DNA from: Nannocystales bacterium
GTDB lineage: Bacteria; Myxococcota_A; Polyangia; Nannocystales; Nannocystaceae
Reading direction: 5' to 3'
Assembly: GCA_050633305.1 (NCBI GenBank)
Contig: JBOEGF010000010.1
Span: 576,001-640,000 of the forward strand
Length of the DNA stretch: 64,000 nucleotides
Shown: piece after piece, positions 28,755-37,813 of the stretch
How the letters are laid out: every line of letters starts with the position of its first letter
How positions within the stretch are numbered: the stretch's first letter is position 1
The notes under the pieces: model-generated
Seen by the model: only the letters and a program-made list of their open reading frames with translations
Database searches by the model: none
Told to the model about the DNA's origin: nothing
Program-made: the position numbers and the translations under genes

Positions 28755-28961
28755 CTACCAGTCGCCCCAGGGGTGGGTGGAGTCGGTGCAGGAGGGGTCG
28801 CCGGGCTTGCACTTCTTCGCGACGGGGGCCGGTGCCGGTGTTGCGCCGGTGTCAGCGGTGCCTCCGTTTGTTCCACCGAGCACGAGGCCAAGGTCCTCCT
28901 CGGTGATGCCGTCGATCAGGTCGTTCAGAGAGCGTTTGTCGTTGTGGGTCTTGCCAAACAT
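28755..28961 (-). CDS. lanA: RiPP precursor peptide (double-glycine leader, Ser/Thr/Cys-containing core)
   Basis: Leader ends ITEEDLGLVLGG; core TNGGTADTGATPAPAPVAKKCKPGDPSCTDSTHPWGDW; first gene of the lanC-lanB operon. Confidence 0.85.
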   Translation of the reverse strand: MFGKTHNDKRSLNDLIDGITEEDLGLVLGGTNGGTADTGATPAPAPVAKKCKPGDPSCTDSTHPWGDW

Positions 28962-29229
28962 CGTTGGATCTTCGCTTTCGTCGTTGTTGCTTTCGTTCGG
29001 AACGAACCCCGGGATTTCCCGGATTCATTGAGCCCTCTGCACCGAGAGCCCGGGTTCTGACGCGGACAACGGTGTTTTTTTGGATGGCGACCAGTCCCAG
29101 CCCAGTCGCGTGATCGAGGCTCTGCGCGATTGGGCCCTGGCATCGAGGCTCGGTGTGCCCCGAACCTGCAGAGACGATTCGTCGTCCGCTGGGGCAACTC
29201 CTCGGTCCCTCGATGCTACCGTTCGAGGT

Positions 29230-30411
29230 GTGAGCGACATCAGGACCTCGGCTTTCCTCGCGCATGCCTTGGTCGGGCTGATGCTGTGCGGCTGCGGCAA
29301 CGACACGGGTGCAGACGATTCCGGGCCCGGGTCCAGCTCGACGAGTGATCTGTCGGCGGGTCCGACGAGCGAGCCGGAGTCCAGTTCGACGACGCAAGAC
29401 ACGGGTCCGAGTCCCCAATCGACGACGGGTACAACCGGTGGGGGGACCGCCACGTCCGATCCCGACACGGGGAGTTCATCCGAGTCCGGGGACACCGGTG
29501 GACTCGTCGACGACGGCCCCGTGGGCTGGGCTAGCGTCGCCGGCCGGGGCGTTCGGACCACCACCGGCGGCGCCGCGGGGCGCACGGTCACGGTCACGAC
29601 GCTCGACGAACTCGAGATGTACGCGGGGGCCGAAGAGCCCTACGTCATCCAGCTCTCCGGGACGATCACCGGATCGGTTCGTGTTCGCTCGAACAAGACC
29701 CTCGAAGGCCTGCCGGGGGCCGAGCTTGTGGGTGGGCTCGCGATCATCGGGGAAGACGACGGCTTCGTCTCCAACATCATCGTCCGGGACCTGACCGTCC
29801 GCATGGACAACTGCCCCGGCGACGGGTGCAGCTCGGATGATGCCGTCACGGTCTATCGAGCGCATCACATCTGGGTCGACCATTGCGACATCAGCGATGG
29901 CGACGATGGAAACCTCGACATCACCGCGGAGTCCGACTTCGTCACGGTCTCGTGGTGTCGCTTCTCATACAGCAACGACTCCGGAGGCCACCGTTTCTCC
30001 AACCTGATCGGTGCCTCGGACGGCGCGACCGAAGACCAAGACGACCTCGCGGTCACGCTGCACCACAACTGGTGGACGGCCAATGTCTCCGAGCGCATGC
30101 CTCGGGTGCGCTTTGGCCCGGTACACGTGTTTAACAACTACTACACGCCAACCGACGCCCTGTACTGCATGCGGGCGGGCTTCGAAGCAGACCTTCGCAT
30201 CGAGAACAACTACTTCGAAGGGGTGAGCAACCCGTTCGACGCTGGCAACACGGCTCCCTCGGCGCAAGTCTTGGCGACCGGCAATGAGTTCAGCCCGATG
30301 CCGATTCCCGAGCCCGACCAGGGCGACGTCTTCGACCCGCCCTACGCGTATTCGCTGGACGCCGCCTCGGACGTTCCTGCTGTGGTCATGGCCGGCGTTG
30401 GGCCGCGATAG
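29230..30411 (+). CDS. Pectate lyase family 1 lipoprotein
   Basis: MLCGC lipobox; TTGGAAG, SNKTLEG, NIIVRDL, IWVDHC, VTLHHNW, RMPRVRFG.VHVFNNYY. Confidence 0.92.
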   Translation: MSDIRTSAFLAHALVGLMLCGCGNDTGADDSGPGSSSTSDLSAGPTSEPESSSTTQDTGPSPQSTTGTTGGGTATSDPDTGSSSESGDTGGLVDDGPVGWASVAGRGVRTTTGGAAGRTVTVTTLDELEMYAGAEEPYVIQLSGTITGSVRVRSNKTLEGLPGAELVGGLAIIGEDDGFVSNIIVRDLTVRMDNCPGDGCSSDDAVTVYRAHHIWVDHCDISDGDDGNLDITAESDFVTVSWCRFSYSNDSGGHRFSNLIGASDGATEDQDDLAVTLHHNWWTANVSERMPRVRFGPVHVFNNYYTPTDALYCMRAGFEADLRIENNYFEGVSNPFDAGNTAPSAQVLATGNEFSPMPIPEPDQGDVFDPPYAYSLDAASDVPAVVMAGVGPR

Positions 30412-30498
30412 GCCACGGGACCAGAGCCCGACACAGGTGGCGTCGACGGCCTCGGGTGGATCGCCGCCCGTCGGAGAAGAGTGCCTGCCCGCGAGATG

Positions 30499-33288
30499 TC
30501 ATGGGACGCGTCGTGCGTCGAGCCACGACGCAATCGCGTCCACGTCGTCGTCGCGACTCTTCTTGGCGTAGCCGCGGCTGGAGGCCTCGGCGAGTTCGAT
30601 CGCCCGCTGACGATCTCCGTCGCTCGCCCAAAGCGCACGGGCAAGCGGCCACTGAATGTCTTCGACCTCGAGCGGGGGCTCGATCTCGAGGGCCATCCCG
30701 AGCGCGTGTTCGAGCTCTGTTGCCGCCTGGCCGGCCTCTCCCTGTTTGAGCAGAGTCTGTCCGAGCCCCAAGTGTGCCTGCACGGTGGAGTCGATGCGCA
30801 TCTTGTGTTTCTTGTAGATCGATGCGGCTCGCCGGAACCGCTTGCGGGCATCGGTGAGTTCGTCCTGAGCAAGCAACACGTTGCCGAGGAGGGTGAGGGA
30901 GTAGGCTGTCTTGGCGTTGTCCTGGCCCAGGCTTGCTTCGCGGATGCGCACCGAGTCTTCGGCATAGCCGCGCGCTTTGTCCAGGGACCCTTTCCTCAAG
31001 TGGAGCTGGACCAAGTTGTTGAGCGGGAAGCTCAGCTGGGGGTGGTCGGCCCCGAGCAGCGTCCGGTGCATCGTGTGGGCGCGTTCGACATACGCGACGG
31101 CGTCGTCGTACTGACCCTGCAACCTCGCGACTTCGCCGAGGTTGGAAAGGCATGTGGCCAGCAGGGGGTGTTGTGGCCCCAAAACCTCGGCCCAGACGTC
31201 GGCGGCCTCTTCGAAGTACGCTTGCGATTGGTCGAGGTTGCCCTGTCGTGCGACGACGGGCGCCAGGTTGTTGAGCGAGTGGCCGACGTAGAGGTTGCGC
31301 GGTCCAAGTTCGCGTCTGCGAATCTCGAGCGCCTCTTCGTGAAAGGCCTGCGCGCGCTCCAGGTCGCCGGCAATGTCGGCGAGGATGCCCACACTATTGA
31401 GATGCGAAGCGTAGGACAGTGGGCTGGTACGTCGCGAGAGCGCCTCGGAGCTGGTGGACCATGCCCAGGCGACTTCGTACTTGCCGAAGGGTTCGGCGAG
31501 GAGGCCAACGATCATCCGTGCGGCGATCGCAGCCTCGCGGTCCATCAGTCGTCCAAGGGCCAGGCTGTAGCTCCGCTCGAAGCTCGCCAACGACTGTTCG
31601 TAGTCGCCGGTACGACTCGCGGCGATGGCGAGCGAGAGGGAGGCGTGGACATGCAGTGGTTCGTAGTCGAGGGGCTCGGCTTCGGCGGCGGCCGCAGTCG
31701 CGAGCGCGAGACTCTCGTCGTAGCGCCCAAGGTCACCAAGTGCAGCCGCGCGAGCAAGCTTCTCTTCGACCAGCGCCACATGGGAAGCCAGCTCTGGGTT
31801 CTCGGGCGGCGCTTGTTCGGCCAAGAGGGCGTCCGTGTCCGCGCACCGCCCGAGCGAGGGGAGGTCCTCGGTCGCGGTGACCGCGTTGCGCAAGGTGGTG
31901 TCGTCGGTCTCGGCGAGACCATCGAGCATGGCCTGGAGCCGGACCAAACGTCCGTCGAGGCAGCCCATGCGGCGGTCGAGTAGGTCCCCCGACTGCTCGC
32001 CACGTTGCGTGGCTTCGCAGGCGTCAACCCGTGCAAGCAACCATTGATCGGTGTAGGCCTGGAGCCGGGTTTCGACGCGGCTCCAGGTCGCGCCGGCGTA
32101 GCTGCGCCCCGTGGCTTCGAATGCGGCCTCGAGCTCGGAGATTCGCGACGCGTCCCAAATGCCTGCGAGGTGCTGCTCCATGTTCGCGCAGGCCGCAGCA
32201 TCGCGTTGGAACAGTGCAACGCTGCCCCAGGTGCCGCCGACGAGGAGCCCCAACACCCCTACCGAAACACCGATCCTGCGACGGCGGATCGCGGGGTCGT
32301 TGGCGAGCGCGTCGAGGAGGTGGGCCATGGAGGGCCAGCGAGCGCCGGGGTCGACCGCAAGGCCACGACGCAGGACCTCGTGTAGCCAGTTCGGTACGGA
32401 GCTTTCACGGGGGGCGGGGCGGACCTCTCCCTCGCGTACAGCCAGCGCCATCGCCACCACCGACGAGGAGGGAAAGGGGCGCTCGCCATACAGCGCTTCC
32501 CACAGCGCGACACAGAAGCTGAACTGGTCGCTCGGGGCCTCGACTGCCCTGCCAGCGAACTGTTCGGGCGACATATATGCGGGCGTCCCCAGCAGGGTAC
32601 CGGCTTCGGTCAGCACGACGTCCATCGAGCCCAACGATGCCTCCTGCCGTCCCGATGGGCGCTCGTCGGTGGTATGCAGCTTGCCGCGCGCGAGCCCGAA
32701 GTCCATGACTCGTACGCGCCCGTTGTCGTCAACCATGACGTTGTCGGGCTTGAAGTCACGATGAACGAGGCCCGCACCATGGGCCGCTGCAAGCCCGCGC
32801 CCCGCGGCAATGAACACGGGGAGCACCTCTTTCCACGAGCGCGGGTCCTTACCCTTGCGCATCCACTTGCCCAGCGTTTGTCCCTCGACGAACTCCATCG
32901 CGATGAAGAGCTGCTCGGCATGCGTACCGACGTCGAAGACCCTCACGACGTTGGGGTGATCGAGTTTCGCGAGGGCCTGAGCCTCGCGCTCGAGGCGGAT
33001 CTTGTCCGCGTCCGTAGCGTTGCTGTACTCGGCGTTCGTGCAGCTGCCTTGGCGCTTGAGCAGCTTGAGCGCGACCTTGCGATCGAGCTTGGGATCGTAC
33101 GCCGCCAGCACGACGCCCATCCCGCCCTCACCGAGCATGTCGGCGACCAAGTATCGGCCTACCGACTCACCCCGGCCGGGTGGAGGTGGCCCGGAGTGTC
33201 CGCCCTCAGACAGGGCCGTGTCCGAGGGCAGTGGACCGGCCGCAGGTGTCCCGACCACAGTCTCGACCAACGACTTCCGGCCGGGCAT
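30499..33288 (-). CDS. Ser/Thr protein kinase with TM segment and TPR repeats
   Basis: LGEGGMGVV, VALK, HRDFKPDN, DFGLA, GTPAYMSPE; HP...LNNL TPR units. Confidence 0.95.
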   Translation of the reverse strand: MPGRKSLVETVVGTPAAGPLPSDTALSEGGHSGPPPPGRGESVGRYLVADMLGEGGMGVVLAAYDPKLDRKVALKLLKRQGSCTNAEYSNATDADKIRLEREAQALAKLDHPNVVRVFDVGTHAEQLFIAMEFVEGQTLGKWMRKGKDPRSWKEVLPVFIAAGRGLAAAHGAGLVHRDFKPDNVMVDDNGRVRVMDFGLARGKLHTTDERPSGRQEASLGSMDVVLTEAGTLLGTPAYMSPEQFAGRAVEAPSDQFSFCVALWEALYGERPFPSSSVVAMALAVREGEVRPAPRESSVPNWLHEVLRRGLAVDPGARWPSMAHLLDALANDPAIRRRRIGVSVGVLGLLVGGTWGSVALFQRDAAACANMEQHLAGIWDASRISELEAAFEATGRSYAGATWSRVETRLQAYTDQWLLARVDACEATQRGEQSGDLLDRRMGCLDGRLVRLQAMLDGLAETDDTTLRNAVTATEDLPSLGRCADTDALLAEQAPPENPELASHVALVEEKLARAAALGDLGRYDESLALATAAAAEAEPLDYEPLHVHASLSLAIAASRTGDYEQSLASFERSYSLALGRLMDREAAIAARMIVGLLAEPFGKYEVAWAWSTSSEALSRRTSPLSYASHLNSVGILADIAGDLERAQAFHEEALEIRRRELGPRNLYVGHSLNNLAPVVARQGNLDQSQAYFEEAADVWAEVLGPQHPLLATCLSNLGEVARLQGQYDDAVAYVERAHTMHRTLLGADHPQLSFPLNNLVQLHLRKGSLDKARGYAEDSVRIREASLGQDNAKTAYSLTLLGNVLLAQDELTDARKRFRRAASIYKKHKMRIDSTVQAHLGLGQTLLKQGEAGQAATELEHALGMALEIEPPLEVEDIQWPLARALWASDGDRQRAIELAEASSRGYAKKSRDDDVDAIASWLDARRVP

Positions 33289-33446
33289 GAGGAGCAAACG
33301 CTAACACGCGGGATGTCCTCGGGGTAGGACCGCGCGAGACGCTGGGCTGCGCCTGTGGCACCCCGTGGAAGGGGGCACGCTGGATCCGCGGAGCGCTGAA
33401 CGCCGCGCTGCTGGGCGGGAGCAATCTCCTGCGAGTCGGAGTCCGG

Positions 33447-34370
33447 TCAGTCGTCGAGACCTGAGACGCGGCTCATCTCGGCGAGTTGCCCTCCTCGAGC
33501 GTGGGTTCCGGGTGTTCGGTCCGACGCCGCGGTGGTGATCCGCGTATCCGCAGCGAGATCGCACGCCCAGCTCAGGCCCAGTAGCAACATGACGAGGCGG
33601 ACGTCGCCTTTCTCGATCGCCCGTTCACGGAGCCCTCGTGGACAAAGGTCGTCGAGCCCCGCCGTCTCAATCACTCGCGCACGGACTTGGGGCTCGGCCG
33701 TCACACGGCGCAAGGGTGCGTAGCGAACCCATGGGGACTTGCGTAGCCAGTAGGCGAGGGCGGGCCTGCGACCTAGAGGCCGTGCGGTGGAATCGACAGG
33801 GAAGCCGAGCAGGGCGGGGGCCAGGGTGCTCAACACGTGTCGGGGGTACCGTTCGCCGAGCTTCTCGCGTGCGAGAACCATGTGCTGGGCTCGAACCATT
33901 GGCGTCGCTGGATCCGTGCGGGATGCGAGCGCTCGCGGACCACCTCGCCCGGACCGATGCGATGGACATGGGTGTGAATGGTTGCGGTGCCCAGCGGGTG
34001 CTCGAACGCAGCGAGCTCGCTGAGGGTCTCGCGATTCCATGACCATGGCAGCTGGGCTCGTCGGACGACGTCAAAGACACTGAGACCGTGTACGAGCTGG
34101 CCTTGGTGGATCGCGTGCTCGGCCCAGTAGTAGGGGGTCGCGCTGAGGGGAGAGCTGACGAGGGCGGCGCGGTCCTCGTGGTCACGTGTTTCGGCGACGA
34201 AGTCGCCCGCAAGACACGGGGCCGCGGGCGTGTCCTCGAGAAGCGACTTCAATGCCGTGTGGAGCGCGACGATTGGAGTGTAGCCCGCGACGAGACGAGC
34301 ACAGGGCGAGGGATACATGTGTCCTCCTCGTTGCCGGGCTCGCCGGATCGATTGCGTTCTGTAACCACAT
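33447..34370 (-). pseudogene. Decayed asparagine synthase-like gene
   Basis: One frame reads GDF...PYYW...WNRETL...LGTATIHTHVHRIGPG (GATase-like N-domain); another reads KLGERYPRHVL..LAPALLGFP (C-terminal-like); no SGGxDS core; frames broken. Confidence 0.4.
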
Positions 34371-34703
34371 CTTCGAGCGGCCGCGACCGACGAGGACGAC
34401 CAGCACAAGAGTCAACTGCCGGAGACGAACTCGACCCGGCCTGTGTTTGGACGCAGCGAGTGACGTACCGCTGACTCGAGGGCCGCGCGCTCGACCCCGC
34501 TGAGCGCCCGGGCATCGACGAGAACATTCTCGCGCGTGACGAAGGGCCTGTGATACGTGGACAGTCTCGATTCGTTCGTGCCAGACATCTGCGCAGAAGG
34601 CGAGGTCGGTCGCACTCGACGTCCAGTCATCCCTGCGCTCGGGTCATCCGAGCGGTGCTGCTCTTCTCATTGTGCCCCTGCTCCGCACCGGATACGTTGG
34701 GGG

Positions 34704-35174
34704 ATGCGTTATATTAGCTTTGCGTTTGTGGTGGCGGCTTGCGTATCGGCTGGATGTGCCGGAGGCGAGACGGCAACGTTCGAGGGGGTCGTCGCTGACC
34801 ACCGCGATGAGTCCACGGTGGAGTACCGCGACTGCGGGACGGCGTCGCAGGGCAACGTGTGCGAAGAGACGGTCAGTGCGCCGATGATGTGCTTCACCGA
34901 TGCCTATGCCGCATGCGAGCCGGCGGAACTTCACCTCGACGAGACCGGAATCGACGCGGCATTCGTCAAGGTCTTGTTCGTCGAGCCATCGGGTGATGGT
35001 TGCCGTGTGACAGCGTTCACCGACCACAGCGCCGATGGTTTCAAGGGCGACTATGGCGATTTCATCGAGGATGATTGTGCCGGAGCTGCGCTGGAGGAGT
35101 TCCCGGAGGAGGAGGCCACCTGCGTGCGCTTGAGTATCCAGGGCTGCGAGGCGCGGCAGGAGTGGTACGAGTAG
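34704..35174 (+). CDS. Hypothetical Cys-containing lipoprotein
   Basis: MRYISFAFVVAACVSAGC signal/lipobox; acidic Cys-paired body. Confidence 0.65.
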   Translation: MRYISFAFVVAACVSAGCAGGETATFEGVVADHRDESTVEYRDCGTASQGNVCEETVSAPMMCFTDAYAACEPAELHLDETGIDAAFVKVLFVEPSGDGCRVTAFTDHSADGFKGDYGDFIEDDCAGAALEEFPEEEATCVRLSIQGCEARQEWYE

Positions 35175-35184
35175 CTCAAAGAGC

Positions 35185-35478
35185 TTGGCCACGATCGACC
35201 CCTTTGTCCCTCGAGTCGTCGCCGTCCTCAGCGCCGACATTGCCGTGCCCGAGCCTGCGCGCGTTCTGGAGTTCTGTGGGGCCCGCTGTCCCCTCGCGCA
35301 GGTACGAGGGCGAGCAAGTCGCGAGGTCTCGCGCCGGCCGTATCGCGTGGCTGGATTTGACCGTCGCTGGGGCTGCTCAGACCCGAGATCTCTACCGACG
35401 GGTGGTCGGGTGGTCGGTGGAGGACGTGGCCGTGAAGCACGACGAAGAGGCCTACGCCGACCGGTCTGGCTGCTCTAA
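35185..35478 (+). pseudogene. VOC/glyoxalase-family remnant
   Basis: VLSADIAVPE..R.LEF in one frame and GRIAWLDLTV..A.QTRDLYRRVVGW in another: two VOC domain starts with the rest missing. Confidence 0.55.
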
Positions 35479-35526
35479 CTTCCGGTGGGGGATGAGTCGA
35501 AGGCGGGCCGAAGCCGCGCTCGCCTC

Positions 35527-36501
35527 TCACCCCGCCGGGGGCGAGAAACACTGGATCGAGGTCTCGATGCGAAAGTGTGAGCCGTCATGGCGACGTTCGG
35601 CGTGGAAGATGTCCATCGCGTAGGTCTCTCCATCGGTGAGCCCCAACGTGTCCAGATCGATGCTGCCCGTCAGCTCGCCATGCAGACCGCCCAAGTCGAT
35701 CACCCGTGCCCCATCGACGAAGACCCAAAGGTCGTCGTCGCCGACGAAGGTAAAGACTTGGCCGGGCTCGTACACGAACGTGGTGTGGATCTCAGTTGTG
35801 AAGTGGAAGTTGTGTTGGTCACCCAATGCGTCGGGGAACGTCTCGTTGTTCGGTCCCGGTGCGCCATTCCAACCGGCGTCATCCAGAGGGAAGAAGGTGT
35901 CGTCATCGAAGACGAAGAGACCCGAGCCCGGCGCGGTCTCGACCAACTCGATGTCGAGCGCCGCGGTCACGTTGACGTCGGCCAGGTCGGCGTACCACTG
36001 CGCGAAGGTGTCGATGGAGGTGATCTGGGTCGGAGAGCTCCCCGCCGGGGGGGCCGGCGCGGCGGCGTTGTAGACCGGGAGGTCATCGGCGCCCAGGGTC
36101 GACTCGACGAGGTCGAGGCTTGGCTGTCCGCCCCAAAACGACTCAAAATCCGGATGAGTGCTCGCGAAGTCCCGCACGGTGGCGGTGAGTGTGACGGTGC
36201 CGTCGTTGCATGCCTCGGGGCCGACCGAGCCCACGTCCGAGATGGTACCGACGTCGAAGCTGACCGGACTGTCCGCGGTCGTGTCGCTGCCCGAGGGAAG
36301 GGCGGAGGTCGAGGTGGCGATGCCTGTCTCGGTACCCGAAGGGGCCGCGCTGCCAGAGGAGGACGACACGGTGGACGCGTCCGCCCCGCCCGTGCTCGAC
36401 ACAGAGGTCGTGGTGGGGAGGGAGTCAGGGCTGTCGGAGTCGGGGGCATCGCATGCGGCCGTCAGTGTGGCCACGAGGCACAGGATGGATGCGCGGTTCA
36501 T
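35527..36501 (-). CDS. Fibro-slime (PA14-like) domain lipoprotein
   Basis: LTAAC lipobox; VRDF...HPDFE, FAQWY, FFPLD, HNFHFTTE, GDDDLWVF, DLGGLH, IFHAERR..GS.FRIETS. Confidence 0.9.
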   Translation of the reverse strand: MNRASILCLVATLTAACDAPDSDSPDSLPTTTSVSSTGGADASTVSSSSGSAAPSGTETGIATSTSALPSGSDTTADSPVSFDVGTISDVGSVGPEACNDGTVTLTATVRDFASTHPDFESFWGGQPSLDLVESTLGADDLPVYNAAAPAPPAGSSPTQITSIDTFAQWYADLADVNVTAALDIELVETAPGSGLFVFDDDTFFPLDDAGWNGAPGPNNETFPDALGDQHNFHFTTEIHTTFVYEPGQVFTFVGDDDLWVFVDGARVIDLGGLHGELTGSIDLDTLGLTDGETYAMDIFHAERRHDGSHFRIETSIQCFSPPAG

Positions 36502-37733
36502 GGCTGTGACTCCTCGTAGATGATGACAGCGCTCGAGACCTGCACCTCGGGTGGGGTGTGGTTGCCGCCGTCATACTCACAGCCGGTCCCCAACGCGCAG
36601 CCCATGCAGACCGGAGCATCGGGGCGACACGTGTTCTCGTAGCCGGTCACGTCGTAGACGACCTCGACTGAGGTCCCGGCCGTTGCGTGCGCGGTGATGT
36701 CCTCGACCCACGGCTGCACCATGTCCCCGGGACACCAGCCGGCTCTGGGTAGGGTCCAGGTGCCCTGCTGGCCTGACACCGGGTTTTGGTCGCAGTCGTC
36801 GCGCCAGATCGTGCGTTGGACCGGCGCGTCGGCGATGAGGAAGCCGTGGGCGAGTTGGCAGAACTCGGCACAGTTGTCGAGGTTGCCCTGGCCGTGCCCG
36901 GTGATGACGCTCCACAGCTCCACCTTTGCGGCTTCAGGCGGCACTTCGAGCGGTGCGGCAGCGAGCTGATCGGGGAGTGGGTTGAGGGGATCGCCGAGGG
37001 TCAGTTGCTGGCGAGGCCATAATGGGATGACTCGGGTCGGAACGAGGTCGGGAACCCCTCCGGTGTATTCGAGCTGCGCGTCCACGATCCATCCGTCTCC
37101 GTTGGCGTGACCTGGGCCGACCCACGTGTCGATGTAGAGCCGAAGGGTCTGCTGCCCGGTGAGCAACGTCTGCAACGCGGTCACATCCAGCGTCCAGGTT
37201 CCGCCCACGCGGTAGGGGGTGACGAAGCGGGCGAGCTCCCAAACCGGCGGCTCCTCTCGGCCGGGTTCGGCGACCAGGCCAATGCTGCCCTTGCGATCCC
37301 ACCAGTCGCAGAGGCCGTCGGGACAGCTCAGTCGGAGCGTGAGGGTGACCGACTCATACGTGAAGCCGGGCTCGGGCAGCTCCACCTCGAAGTCCAGCTC
37401 GCGTTGGTTTTGTCCCTCGTCCCAACCGAGCCAGAAGATATGCGCGCCCTCGAAGACTGGGATCAGGGCATTCTCGCCGGGGAGGAATGCCGGCCCTTCG
37501 CCCGTGCTGTCGGCGGATGTAGTCCCCTCGGATCCCTCGGAGGACGAGGACATACCTGTCGAGCTCGAGGCAGTCGGCATGTCGACGCCCGTGGACGCAG
37601 CGCTGGTGCCTGCTTCGGGTCCCGTGGATGTCCCTGCAGGGCCATCGGCCCCGGAGCCGCCGCACCCGACCAGCATCGCCATCGAGGCGATTGCGACCCT
37701 GAGTGACCGTTTTGCGCGCACTTCAACCCTCAC
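36498..37733 (-). CDS. Peptide-N-glycosidase F-related lipoprotein
   Basis: LVGC lipobox; CDWWDR, ELARFVTPY, ITGHG, CAEFC, WRDDC, GTW..PRAGWCPG. Confidence 0.85.
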   Translation of the reverse strand: MRVEVRAKRSLRVAIASMAMLVGCGGSGADGPAGTSTGPEAGTSAASTGVDMPTASSSTGMSSSSEGSEGTTSADSTGEGPAFLPGENALIPVFEGAHIFWLGWDEGQNQRELDFEVELPEPGFTYESVTLTLRLSCPDGLCDWWDRKGSIGLVAEPGREEPPVWELARFVTPYRVGGTWTLDVTALQTLLTGQQTLRLYIDTWVGPGHANGDGWIVDAQLEYTGGVPDLVPTRVIPLWPRQQLTLGDPLNPLPDQLAAAPLEVPPEAAKVELWSVITGHGQGNLDNCAEFCQLAHGFLIADAPVQRTIWRDDCDQNPVSGQQGTWTLPRAGWCPGDMVQPWVEDITAHATAGTSVEVVYDVTGYENTCRPDAPVCMGCALGTGCEYDGGNHTPPEVQVSSAVIIYEESQP

Positions 37734-37738
37734 AACAA

Positions 37739-37767
37739 GGGAGTGGAGATTTTGGGCCGGCGGTTAC
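37739..37767 (-). promoter_or_regulatory. ECF-type promoter candidate GTAACC-N17-ACTCCC just before the PNGase F-like gene
   Basis: Same spacing as, and similar boxes to, the GTGACA-N17-ACWAYC motif; the kinase-ECF pair is divergent from it. Confidence 0.35.
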
Positions 37768-37813
37768 GCGACACCCGCGAAAAACTCGATCGGGCTTGTA
37801 GACTCCGGCGGTT

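Noticed and set aside
28755..28775. HPW/WGD as radical-SAM or P450 cross-link motifs
   Set aside because: No radical SAM (CxxxCxxC) or P450 gene in the window; it would need an enzyme acting in trans
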